Assembly (NCBI GenBank): GCA_030141605.1
Contig: JAQGDQ010000040.1
Location: 186,001-250,000, forward strand
Direction of reading: 5' to 3'
DNA: 64,000 nt
Origin: Tubiluchus corallicola
Lineage: Eukaryota > Animalia > Priapulida
The position numbers were made by a program, and so were the translations under genes. The notes beneath the pieces were generated by a model. That model was given only the letters and a program-made list of their open reading frames with translations. It had not been told where the DNA came from and made no database searches. Below, piece by piece: positions 12,197-24,202 of this stretch (position 1 is its first letter; every line of letters starts with the position of its first letter).

Positions 12197-15100
12197 ATGG
12201 GTTCCAATTTTATTATTATATTTAAATTTGTCACGATAATTGCTGTACTCGTCTTAATTAATTTCATTTCACAATATAAAATAGCAAAGTCTGCGTTTAA
12301 TGATGGAAGCAACTGTAAAATACAATTAGTTATTTCTTTCTCTTGTCATATGTTATTTCTAATCAGCATACAAACATTCACGAACATAGCAAAGAAATTA
12401 CCAGTTAGTGTGTTAATAATAATTATAGCTATCTGGAAAATTAACAGTATATCAACATTTTACTCATTGTACTTTGTTCAAAACGCAATTGGAATTTTAT
12501 ATTACATAACTATTTATTATGGATGCATTAAGCCGAGTAAACTATGTACAAAATTAATTTTTATAACAGCAGTATGCTTACTTTGGAGCTCAGAAAATAT
12601 CACTGTATATGTGGTTGAATTGAGGCATTTGTATTATAAGCAATATGTCACGCGATTAACTCTCTTTACTATTGTAATACTATCGTTACTAATATCGCTC
12701 TATATAAAAGTTCGAAAGCAAATTCGTTTGGTGCAGCCCTACTATAAGTGCATACACACTATTGTAAGAGTGATTCAAATTTATACTAACTTTACACATG
12801 CACTATTAATTACTGTTTTGCTACTCATATTAGGAGGAATCGAAAGTAACCCAGGCCCAACAAAATACAATAACCCAACAATAAATACAGAATTAAAAAG
12901 TTTCATTTACAATTATAAAAAACATCTAAAGTTCCTTCACATTAATATTCAAAGCTTAGTAAAAAAACATGAATATCTAAAAAATACAGTCCATGCCACG
13001 GAAAATCTAATTATTGGCATAAGTGAAACATGGCTACATAAACAAATTTCAAGTACTTCAATACAGTTACCAAATCACACATTATTCAGAAGGGATCGAA
13101 CAAAAAACAAAAAAGGAGGAGGAGTAGCCATCTATATACCATCACATTTCACAGCCACAGAAACAAAGGGTATGCGAACAGGAATGATTGAATCTCTGTG
13201 GTGCAACATCGGGGATTACTTAGTATGCACTGTTTATAGACCTCCAAATACTAAATTAAAAACTTTTTTTAAATACTTCGGAATAGAATTAGAAAGAGCA
13301 GTATTTGAAAACAAACAAATCTTAATTATGGGCGATTTTAATATTAACACTCTTACTAATAATACTGCTTCCTATACAAAGTACAAAGAACTTCTAAATT
13401 TATTTAATGTGGAACTATTAAACAACGATAAACCAACAAGGTGCAATAAAACGTCTTTTACTTTAATCGATCATTTTATTACTAATAACCCTTGCAAATT
13501 TATAGCTCATGACAGTATACCTTGTGAATATTCAGATCACAATTTTATAATTACCGCTGATAAATTATTCCACTTAAATGCAGCAAATCATAATTCGTGT
13601 TGGAAAAGTTTCAGAGATTTCACACACTATAATGAGACATACTTTTTAAATGACTTAGCTAAAATGAACTGGAGCGAGATATACCTTACAACAAATATAA
13701 ACACTCAAGTAGACATTTTAATAAACAATATCCAATACTGCTTAGATCTTCATGCACCTTTCAAAAAAGTTAAAGAATTGAACATCAAATCAAAGCTTAA
13801 TTGTGAAAGTAATTGGACAAATGTCGAACTTAATGATTTAAGAAATAGTAAAAATAACTTATATAACATATGGCTTAACACTAAATCTAAAAATGACCAC
13901 ATAAAGTACAAGAAAGCTAGAAACAAATTCAACAATCTTAATAAAATTCTAAAAAACAGATATATTCAAAAACAATGCAGTAGTGCCTCCACTACAAAAC
14001 AAAAATGGACAGTGATCAACAATGTTATAAATAAACATAAAAATAAGCAAAATAGGTTAAATGAACTTAAAATCAACAATACCACAATAACGAAACCCAA
14101 AGATATTGCAAATTTGTTAAATGAGACGTTTGTTAACCTCGGAAAATTTAATTTGCAGAATGATTATACTGATACCATAAAGGACAAACTAAAAACTATA
14201 GGACCTGCAAATAACCAATTTTCATTTTCCAGTGTTACTTTTGCTGACATTTTAAAAATAATAAATAATTTAGATGCCAATAAAGGTAGTGGCACATCTG
14301 ACATACCAATAAAAATTCTAAAGGACAGTATGCATTTAATTGCTCCATATATAACCTATATCACTAACCAAATAATAATGCGTGGCAAATTTCCTGATCA
14401 ATGCAAAACAGCTAATATTACACCAATCCACAAAAAGAATGCTAAAGATGAACCAATAAATTACAGACCAGTATCAATAGTTCATTGTATGAGTAAAATT
14501 TGGGAAAGAGTAATCTATAATCAAATTATTACATATGTCAATCAAAATGAACTCTTATCAAAACATCAATTCGGATTTAGAAAAAAACATTCAACTGTGG
14601 ATGCTATAATAAACGTAACTGAAACCTGGCGAGATAATCTTGATAAAAACAAATATGTGGCAGCAGCTTTTCTAGATTTAAGTAAAGCTTTCGACAGTTT
14701 AAATCACACACTATTATTAGATAATTTGAAAGAACTTGGATTTGAACAATCAGCTTTAAAATTAATTAATGATTACCTACGAAATAGAAAGCAGCGGGTT
14801 AAAATAAACTCTACAACATTCTCAGATTGGGCTAACCTTCAACGAGGTATCCCACAGGGCACACTGTTGGGACCTCTACTGTTTAACCTTTACATCAACA
14901 ATATTTCTAATGTTCTACAACATTCAGGTATTACGCAATATGCAGACGATACGACTATTTATCTAGCTCACGATAATATCAGCATTGCAAAACAGTACTT
15001 AGAAAAAGACATAAAGAATATCAACATGGCATTTAATTATTACAAGCTAAAAATGAATAATGACAAAACAGAATTTATGGTATTATCCCCAACAATTAAC

Positions 15101-15776
15101 AATACTGAAAATACAGCTGCTATATCCTTGCAAATAGAAAATGATGTTATCGTGCAGTCAAAAGTTGTTAATTTCTTAGGCGTTAAGTTGGACAACATGC
15201 TTACATGGGAAGAGCAGTTTATCAACATTTATAAAAAAATGGCATTAAGTACTTCGTACCTTCGACAAATCAGAGGACAACTATCAAAACAAACAAAAAT
15301 TCTAATTTACAAAACTTTAATTTTGCCCCATTATTTATATGCCTGCATACTATACCAAAAAGTGAAAAGAGAATCATACATCAAGTTAAATGTACTTCAA
15401 AACTACGCTTTACGATTAGTTAATGGCCATTCTTTGAAATCATCTCACAATACAAGTAAATATTCTGCCACCTCTTTAAGAAACTCCATGAAAATCCCGA
15501 TACTAGAAGCCCACAGAGATTATCAAACTCTCCTGTTTCTCTATAAATATATCAACAATATTAATGCTCCCTTTGAAAACAATAAGCTCCCACTTCTTAA
15601 AAACCCCCAGTATGAATAACAGAACACTAAATTTAAGAAACATCAGAACGAACAACCAATATGGAAAGTATTCCATTACTAAACAAGCTATACAACTTTG
15701 GAATTCATTACCGACATCACTAAAACACAGCAGCTCTTTAACAATATTCAAGTTTAAATTAAAAAAAAACATTTAA
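12197..15776 (+). CDS. LINE ORF2p: hydrophobic N-terminal extension, 2A-like motif, apurinic endonuclease, reverse transcriptase; +1 frameshift near 15600
   Basis: APE motifs NIQS, ISETWL, MGDFN, LIDH, SDH. RT motifs NYRPVS, QFGFR, FLDLSKAFD, GIPQGTLLGPLLF, QYADDT, FLGV. GGIESNPGP at aa 213-221. The canonical C-terminus (LWNSLP...FKFKLK) lies in the +1 frame, ending at 15776. Confidence 0.92.
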
Positions 15777-18517
15777 TGACACGTTTTGAATATCCGACAT
15801 ACGAACACGATGACACCTACTCAAATCATAATTTCATTTTTCCCAGACCGTACTAAACTAGTTTATATTTTATTTTTTGAAATTCTAGTTGCACTTATAG
15901 TTTAGCTTGCACCAGACGCATTTGCCCAGAACAGTGTATGTTTAATTTCATATGAACTAACACTGATTGTCTGTCTTGTATTATGATGGTCAATGTTTTA
16001 AAATGGCAAATAAAGATTTTACTACTACTACTACTTACTAAGTCGCTTTAAATTTGTTGCAAAATTGCGAAATAATGCGTGAGTAAAGCGCTCCTTTTTA
16101 GCTATCAAATTTACTCCCTAATAGATACAATTCGGAAGTGGTGCTGGCTATTAGTGTCTAGTTTTTTTCCTTAATTACTGCTGTGTTTCCCTGTCTGAAG
16201 AGCAGATATCTTTTATGTTAGACTTCCGTCTGCCCTATGTCTACAACTGACGTGATAGGCATAATTATGATGAGATAATGATGATGATGATGATGACGAT
16301 GGTGATGATAGCCTATAGGAACAAAATAAACAAAATAAGTTCTCAGTTTGCTGTTCTCATTTGTGAGGTATAATAAGTGTTTACTGCTTACTTAAAATAT
16401 CCTTTTAAATATACTTACAGTTACAATTGACAGTTTGCAAGTTGCAATAAACTCACAGTTTGCAGTTATCGATTTTGATCAATGTGGCAGTTTTCATTGG
16501 CCGTGACGTGTAATATTGGGCCAACTTTCTATTTTTTGAGCATTTGAAGCAGAACAACATAACTTTTATAGGAAACAAAAAAGGAAATATTTGATTGTGA
16601 AACGTGAAATCTGCTTGGTCAAATAAGCAAGAAGGTCAAAAAGGGAACTAGAAGAAAGACCCGTACTTAAATTTTCAAATCTTGAATTTTACAGGCACGG
16701 TTTCAGGTGTTAGTGTGCAGTATAAGCAATAGGAACTTACTATATAGCTACCTAGAGCTTATTATGCATGGGTAGCCTAGACAAGATCTGAGCGTTTGCG
16801 ATTATGGTATACAGTTACGGATAGCGTAATTACAGTTTCTTGCGCAGAACGGACAATGCGGAAATTGTTTACTTTTGGAATTGTCCTTGAAAATCAGCGA
16901 TCAGCTGTCTGTTGCGCTGAACATCTAGCGTATCACCTCAATTACTTAATTACCTTCAGTTCAAATAACTATTACTTATCTATGAGAGTGAAAGTGAGGT
17001 AGTGATACGTCTTTTGAGTGTAACTCTCAATTTAGTTTTCTATGAGCTTGGACAGTGGACAGTGTTTTGGAATTTGGATTGAGACGAGAATTCTCTCACA
17101 CAAACTCCAGTAGTCTTCCGTTTCTTTGACGCAACGTATTCCAAGTACAATTGTTGTAGGTAGTATGTTTGCGTTCCTTTTTTTGCAAAGAGATAAGAGA
17201 ATTTTGTGTTATTGTTAAATTTAATCACTTTGTTATTGGTTACAAATGAGACTAATTCCACTGGATTCTGAAAAAAGCTCATCGGTTGCGTGATAACGCA
17301 CGTTTGGTAAATGCTACATATTGAACACACGTACATACTTATGTACAGTATCACACGTTATAGTCCACGTCGCCATCATCATTGTTATTGCTATAAAACG
17401 TTGTTATTATCATTGTCAATACCAGCATCATTGTCGTCATAGTGTTTATTTATTGTTGTTGTTGTCGTCATCATCATCAACGACATCGTCATCCAGGTGT
17501 ATAATTTTGAATAACTCAAGTTCAACAATGACTAAAATTGTCGACATGAACTTGCACTCCAGGCTAAAAAATATAAAGAAAGAGTGGGTAACCGTAACCT
17601 TGAGTGACTGGTTCAAGGTTAGCGGGAGAATTTTAACTTTAGATTTAAATTGTTGGTGGTAGTCGGTCGTTACTAGCATCATCTTTATCATTATCATCAG
17701 GGTGATCAAAACCACTGAGTAGGAATTAATAAAAGTAAAGTGAAACTTTCACAGTCCTCTTGTGGATATAAGTGAATTTCTGTAGTCATACTAGTCTGAC
17801 AGTCAAAATTGTGTTTGTCGTAGCAAGCACAATTTACTAGAGTCATGTTAGAGTCAAGGGCGCTAAAAACAGGATAATTGATATCACGCATGTTAATCAT
17901 TATTCACAGGTTTTTGAAGCAATGGTAACAACAACGATATTTTGGCTTTTATAACTGGGTTTCTATAAACGAACCCATCTAAAACAGAACGTGTCTATTA
18001 AAACACATCATTCTTCCGGAGTAGGTCTCACGACTTTTGGTGTGTTACCAACATCATCAGATAGTTGAGTAATGGTTGGTTTATACCCTTTTCTTTTTAA
18101 ACACGTCCAGGTGCCTGTTTTTTCAACAATGTATTTTATGAGTTTCTGCTTTTTGTCATAGAAATAATGTGTTACTAAAAATAATATAAGAATTGCGTAC
18201 ATTTTTACTTTTTTTCTGTAACTAACGCAAGCGAGTTTACAAATTATTATCAACATAATTGTAATGTCTGTAAAAAGTTAGCTAAAATTTTGTATTTCAT
18301 TGGTCAATTTGTCATTTATTTTTTGCACAACTGTCTGTTGATTTTGTTTTGTGAAAAGCACATGGTTCGTTACTTGACAGCTCTAGGTCGAAAATAAGAA
18401 GAGCTATATTATATCTACTACAATCTTCGCGCATAATAGACCTATTTTTGTCATTATTATGTGGCTAATTTACTGTAACAGTTTCTTGTTATTTACATAT
18501 TTACAGAGTGACCGACA

Positions 18518-20469
18518 ATGAATGGAAAATTATTTGTCGTCTGTACAGTGCTTATAATAGTAAGTGATATATTGCTAGAGGATTTTAATTAGAAAGTTAC
18601 TGTAATTTCAAGGATATCCATCACTTTACTTTTTTGTCAACTGATGGCGCCACGTACGTACTTGATAAAGGGAAAGTTTGATTAGGCTTGGAGAAACTGT
18701 CTAATATGAACGACGAATAGATTGTATGGTGCGCGGTAAAAACTGCCCAGACAAAAATGGCTCTGGAAAAATGGCACGGTAAAGATTGGACAGGAAGAAA
18801 TGGTACAGGAAAAATGACGCGGTAAAAATCGTATAGGAAAAATGGCACAGGGAAAAATGGTACAGGAAAAAATGACACAAATGGAAAAGTAGGAATAAAT
18901 GGCACATAATATTATGTCATAATTTTTATGACAAAACTAGAATGCGCTCAGTAGTAAGCTGATCTCTGCTTAAATTCATCGTCTGATTCTTTTGATTAAA
19001 AACGTAAAACAAGGATAAACAAGCAAACATATAAAAAATGTATCTGTATTGGCATTATACAGACTACCAAAAGATTAACAAAATATTTTTCATTAAACAG
19101 AATTATTATCAATAATTCACGAATATTCCACATGGGATTTATCTACCATTTTTTTAACCTTTATTTTTAGCGATGGTCATAGACTGATTTACATGTACTT
19201 ATATCCGCGTATATATGTACATACCAAGTCAACTTATAGCATTATACACTTTATACAAGCAAATGTTATAGACAGGGTTACATAGTTTCAAAACGAGCAT
19301 TTCTCGAAATGGAACGTGGAATTAACTCGTAGTTGTTTGTTCTGGTGGAGATAATAATAATAAACACTCCCCGTGAGATCTCCACGAAGTGCTTCACGAA
19401 TGTTTTTGACGTGGTGTTCGGTAAGTTTTGCGAAAAAATAAGTGGCGAAAAACACTCATTTTGATATCCTATACTCGTCTTCTAAACAAAGTTTCGTGGA
19501 AATCTCTTGTGTGGTTTTTGCGTAATAGGCTTACAGCTGTAACAGACAAAAAACAATCAACCAAACAAATAAACAAACTATGGGGAAACATAATTTAGTT
19601 GGCAGAGGTAAAAATAACTAAAATGGTTATCCACACAGTAATCCTAACCCCAAACTCATATTTTGTTAAGCGTGCTACTTTTTGCTGTGCCATTTTTCCT
19701 GTACAGTTTTTACCTGTCCTATTTAGACTTACTTCTCCATATGTGACATTTTTTTGAGCCATTTTTTACCTTACCATTTTTCATGTTCCATTTTTTCCTG
19801 CGTCATTTTTACCATTGCCATTTTTACCTACATTTATTTTGTATAACTCAATGTCCTGAGTTCAAATTCTGGCTGACTAACTATTTTTAATGTCTCCGTC
19901 TTCAGTTAATTACCCGAAAGGCTAAGTGCTGTAAGCGTTATGTCTTTCTTGATGCGTCCGGATACCCTACAGAATGATGCAGAGGATTCGAAAAGTAAAC
20001 GCCCACTATTCAGTATTTTCAAATATAGTGATAATATTATGTCGCTTATCGTATAGACGCTCTAGTTTGTTTGTGTACTACTACGGTGATGAATTCAGAC
20101 TAGCCTTGCCATGTCGAGTCGTTAACTTAAATGGCACCTAGCGCATGTGCTATGTAAGCACAGGTCCTCCTGCAAAACTCTTGCTGCTTTGGTAATCGTT
20201 GCAAGCACGAAGTCTTTCTTAATGTGCTTGTCTGCACAATAAAACCTAAGCTATAATCCCAAACTTGTTACAGTGATAGGCAGGAAAAACCCGGATCCGC
20301 TTTGATTTTGGGGCCAGAAGGTCAAAATTGAACTCACAAGGTCAACAATATCAAATCGCGAATAATGACTTCATATAAAGACGTCTGTCGTGTCAGTTCA
20401 ATTTATTAGAAACAATCCCGTTCTATTCCTCTCCGTTCCTCTCTTCACTTCTTTCTCTCTCCTTTTCTT

Positions 20470-20523
<54 letters not shown>

Positions 20524-21246
20524 CTGTTCTATCCCTCGCTCCAGGTCTCGCTCTTTTCTGTCTTTCTCTCTATCCCTCTCTATTGTGCGGGAGATTTGAT
20601 TTTTTCCACTCTGTTTCTCTCTCGCGTTCGCTTGTTCTGTCCGCCTTTCCCCCTGCCTCTCTCTTTTGTTCCCCCTCTCTCCCTCTCTTTCTTTTTCTCT
20701 CTCTATTATTACCATACTCTCTCTTTTGTATCAACAGTTTTTGGCGTATTCTTGAGGCACACAATCATACATTCGCAGTCTGCTGCGATGGAATTTAGGG
20801 CAATGTGCGTTTCGCATTACATTCAGGCCGGGGACCTGTGGTATCCTTATAATTATTGATATTACCCAAAAGTCAGAATTGTTTATTGTTTGCTTGAAGC
20901 ACATATAATATTATATATGAATTTTTTATTAAATAATAATCAACTGAATATCATACAGTAACGCACTTTTTAGGTGGTGTATATAGCCGACGCACGTTTT
21001 CCCGTTGACGGAAGCGGTCACTTCTACTTGGGTGTCGCCACACCTGATGGCAAAGATGATTACAGGCTGGGAAGGTTTGGTGACGGTTACGGCACCATTG
21101 GGCGTTACTATCGACCGTACGGTTATCGTGCATTGTACATAGGACGTGGGTACCGTCCCGGGTACGGATATAGAGAAGCTGTGTATCGACCTTCAGGTGC
21201 TAGCTACGCCAGGACGTATGTGAACGCGTACGGCTTTCCCTCGTAA
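18518..21246 (+). CDS. Small secreted Gly/Tyr/Arg-rich protein B (104 aa), paralogue of gene A
   Basis: Exon 18507-18559 (acceptor TTACAG, ATG 18518, MNGKLFVVCTVLII, GTAAGT donor) joined in phase 0 to 20974-21246 (acceptor TTTTTAG; VVYIADA-RFPVDG...YRPYGYRALYIGRGYRPGYGY...GFPS*). Same exon architecture as gene A and a shared 21-aa block. Confidence 0.8.
18728..19833. mobile_element. Foldback-type element with modular tandem-repeat inverted arms, in the intron of gene B
   Basis: Left arm (~18735-18905) is an array of GG(T/A)AAAAATGGCAC-like ~15-bp units; right arm (~19680-19833) is the reverse-complement array (GTGCCATTTTTCC, CCATTTTTACC). Confidence 0.6.
18935..19611. mobile_element. Helentron-associated (HINE/DINE-like) non-autonomous element nested in the foldback element
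   Basis: Starts AACTAGAATGCGCTCAG; ends with an (ACAA)n stretch then GAAACATAATTTAGTTGGCAGAGGT; both ends sit in A-runs. Same terminal motifs as the copy at 29221-29589. Confidence 0.5.
20440..20725. repeat. (CT)n microsatellite and pyrimidine-rich low-complexity tract
   Basis: Perfect (CT)n at ~20474-20521 within a longer CT-rich stretch. Confidence 0.95.
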
Positions 21247-23484
21247 CACGTCGCAAGATTGCCGTTTTTGTCCACGCTGCCATTATTATTTTGTAAACTA
21301 CGTTGTCGCTTAATTGTAAACTGCTGCAATTAAAAACGTTGTAACTACACTAGTTGTAACAAATGCCTATCCTTGTATATGCAAGACTGTGTGATTTTCT
21401 AAGTATAGGCTGCTGTAGGTTATTTAGGTCATAATGAAACAGCAGGCAAATAATGAAAGAAAACAAATACTATAAAACTTCTACGTTACACAATTCAGAT
21501 GTGATTTAATTATTCAAATATAATTTAAATTGCTATTTGCTCAATATGCGTACAATCGTACACTTTTATAGCAATTTCAGGGTAAATTTATCAGCAATTT
21601 GTAAGTCATGATTGTTCACAATGACAGCCTCATATAGTCTTGTTATTACTAAACAGAATTATGCATATATAAACAGCTTAGCAGTTTGATCTATGTTAAA
21701 AACTTAACTGAATAGATATTAACTAATAAATGTTGTCTGCAAAACTTTGATCTCTGTTATAATTTTTGTTACGTATTTTTGCATGTAATTAAAAAGGCCC
21801 CAAGTTTATAGGACTTCCTTTTTCTTGTCAAGATATCACCACGCTATACATAATTTCATTTACTAGCCTTGTTTATGCCGCCGGTGTCGCCATGTATCGA
21901 AATTTTTATTGAACTAACAGAAGATACTACATCTTTAACTTACCAGTACTTGTAAACATAATTATCGTCATTATAGCCGCAAAAGAATTACATCTAAAAT
22001 TTTGGATGTTCTGTCAGAGACGGAAAGATCTGCACGAGTTTCAAAAATTTTTGATATTTACATTTTCACACCGTAAAATTAAAGGAAGGCAGGATGATTT
22101 TTCATATACTAACCCATTTTCAAGTCCGATAAAAAGTATACATTTTAACATGATTAATACTGCAAAAGCGTTTCTGATAATTAAATAATAGATTAAAATC
22201 TTAATTAACGACGGGCGAGCCCAACTGTTAATGAACTCATAAACTAACATAATTTTCAACAGCAGAAATATTTCACGAGCGTGTTGCACGTGTTTGCGAA
22301 AGCAAAAATTTGAAGTACAGTGCTACTGTAAGGTATTCAGTGTGTTGTATTAAAAATATGTATGTGTTAAAATAAAAATTCAAATTTCAATTTTACCGCT
22401 GTGCTTACGCATGAACTGTTGAACGTGCGTAATTCGTCAGAAACTAACACATCTGAACTTAGAGGTACAACAGCTGTTTTTGTGTAGAACGTTTCCGAAA
22501 TGCAGGCGCTAGTGCCCGTCTAACTAGCGAATGGCGAAATGCATGTAACAGTTAAAAACTAGTGGCCCGAGCGCGAAATTGTATTTGTGTGGTAATAATT
22601 TTTTCACGTAAGTCATTTTTGAAAAAATAGCGAATTCCCTTTCAATATTTTAAAGAGTAGATTGTTTTGATCTGCAGTTTAAGATTGCGTCTGGTTTTGC
22701 TTTAATAAAATCGCTAAAATCGGAAGTGAATAAGTTGTTGCGCGCACCGAAATAGTCAGGCAAGAGACACGTTATTGCACAAGATACTTGCCGTTTTTTA
22801 GATCAAAATAAATTATTATATATTTTAATAGCAATAAACAACTTACGAAGTTTAAAACTTTCAATTGTAGTAATGCCGTCATAAAAATATTTCCAAGTTA
22901 GTAAGGCATAAAGATAAAGATTTAAGCTTTTATGCATTTCATATGTAACGTATGAAAAAAAGATTTAGGCCAATATATACGTTATTTTTTTACAAGAGGT
23001 AACATTTTTGAACGACTTTTTTATACAGCAACCAAGTCGATATTCAGCATTCAACGGCAGGTCTCCTTATGTTGATGGTAGTGGCAGGACAGGAGCCTAG
23101 TTAATTGACAAGAATAATCCTTCAACAGGGATCACTTAGCCATATTCGCATGTGCATACACATACCCTTCTAGAGGAATAACGGGAGGCAGTTTGGCTGA
23201 TCAAACAACACAGTAGCGATTTTAGAGTCGATTACAGGGGGAGTATCAAGACATTACTGCACCGTATAGGCTGAGAATTCATTCGCACCCACCTCTGTTT
23301 TTTGGATTTACGATTTTTACCTACTTGTGGTGAATTAGTAGCGCTATCACCGTGTACCAACGTTGTTATTAGTAGTTACATATGTAGTGTCTCAACAACT
23401 GCTTGTGATGTATTACAAAATGCGCACTTCATGTGAATATGAAAGGAAATGAACTTTCAGATCAGAATAGAAATTATGTAACAT

Positions 23485-23566
23485 TTGGGCCCCTAAAATC
23501 TGCCCCCCTCAAAATTTGGCGCCATAGGCTACAGCCTAGTTAGTCTATTGGTAAATACGCCACCGT
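23485..23566 (-). mobile_element. Isolated hAT-like terminal fragment
   Basis: Reverse complement reads CGGTGGCGTATTTACCAATAGACTAACTAGGCTGTAGCCTATGGCGCCAAATTTTGAGGGGGGC...GGGCCC, typical of CAGTGGCG-type hAT ends; the other end was not found. Confidence 0.4.
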
Positions 23567-23728
23567 CAAGCCATATTTAGCTATCTGGCTCAGTAAATTC
23601 AATCATAAAGCACTCAGCTATTCTTCTCGCTTCTAAGCAGGCTAATGTGATGCTGCTGATATGATGAAAATATTAATTAGTTTTTAACGCCGAATTAATC
23701 ACAGATATTTATCACAGGATAAATTGCA

Positions 23729-24150
23729 GAACCAGCAGCAACAGTGTTGAAAACAATAGCTCAAACCACCAGCCACAATAGAAACAATAGCTGTAACCAG
23801 CAGCAACAGTGGAAACAATAGCTGTAACAACCAGCAACAATAGAAACAATAGCTCAAACTAGCAGCAACAGTAATAGAAACAATAGCTGTAACAAGCAGC
23901 AACAGTGGAAACAATAGCTCAAACCAGCAGCAACAATAATGGAAATAGTAGCTCAAACCACCAGCAACAATAGAAACAATAGCTCAAACTAGCAGCAACA
24001 GTAATGGAAACAATAGCTGTAACCAGCACAACAGTGGAAACAATAGCTCAAACCAGCAGCAACAATAATGGAAACAATAGCTCAAACCAATAGTAATAGT
24101 AATGGAGACAATAGCTTGAACCAGCATCAACAATAATTGAGACAATAGCA
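23729..24150. repeat. Minisatellite, ~28-34 bp unit CCAGCAGCAACA(G/A)T(A/G)GAAACAATAGCT(CA/GT)A
   Basis: About a dozen degenerate tandem copies of the GAAACAATAGCT core, with alternating CAAA/GTAA variants. Confidence 0.9.
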
Positions 24151-24202
24151 ACAATGATATCAGTGATGGCCAGAATCTAATAAAGTTTTTATTGAGATAC
24201 AA

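Larger units (their letters stand above)
9753..16040 (+). mobile_element. Near full-length non-LTR retrotransposon, CR1/L2 group (5' end approximate)
   Basis: ORF1 (SGNH esterase) plus ORF2 (APE + RT); 3' UTR ends with AATAAA (16009-16014) and an (ACT)n tail (16021-16040). The 5' end is inferred from an initiator-like ATTAGTT at ~9753. Confidence 0.9.

Noticed and set aside
15595-15619. Programmed ribosomal frameshift at AAAAACCCCC in ORF2
   Set aside because: The required shift is +1, not -1, and there is no evident stimulatory structure; a homopolymer indel is simpler.
20390-20859. ER/SL-repeat ORFs
   Set aside because: Translations of the (CT)n tract within the gene B intron.
21944-21993. 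Exon-like minus-strand segment with AG acceptor and GTAAGT donor
   Set aside because: No partner exons or recognisable product; such signals are common by chance.
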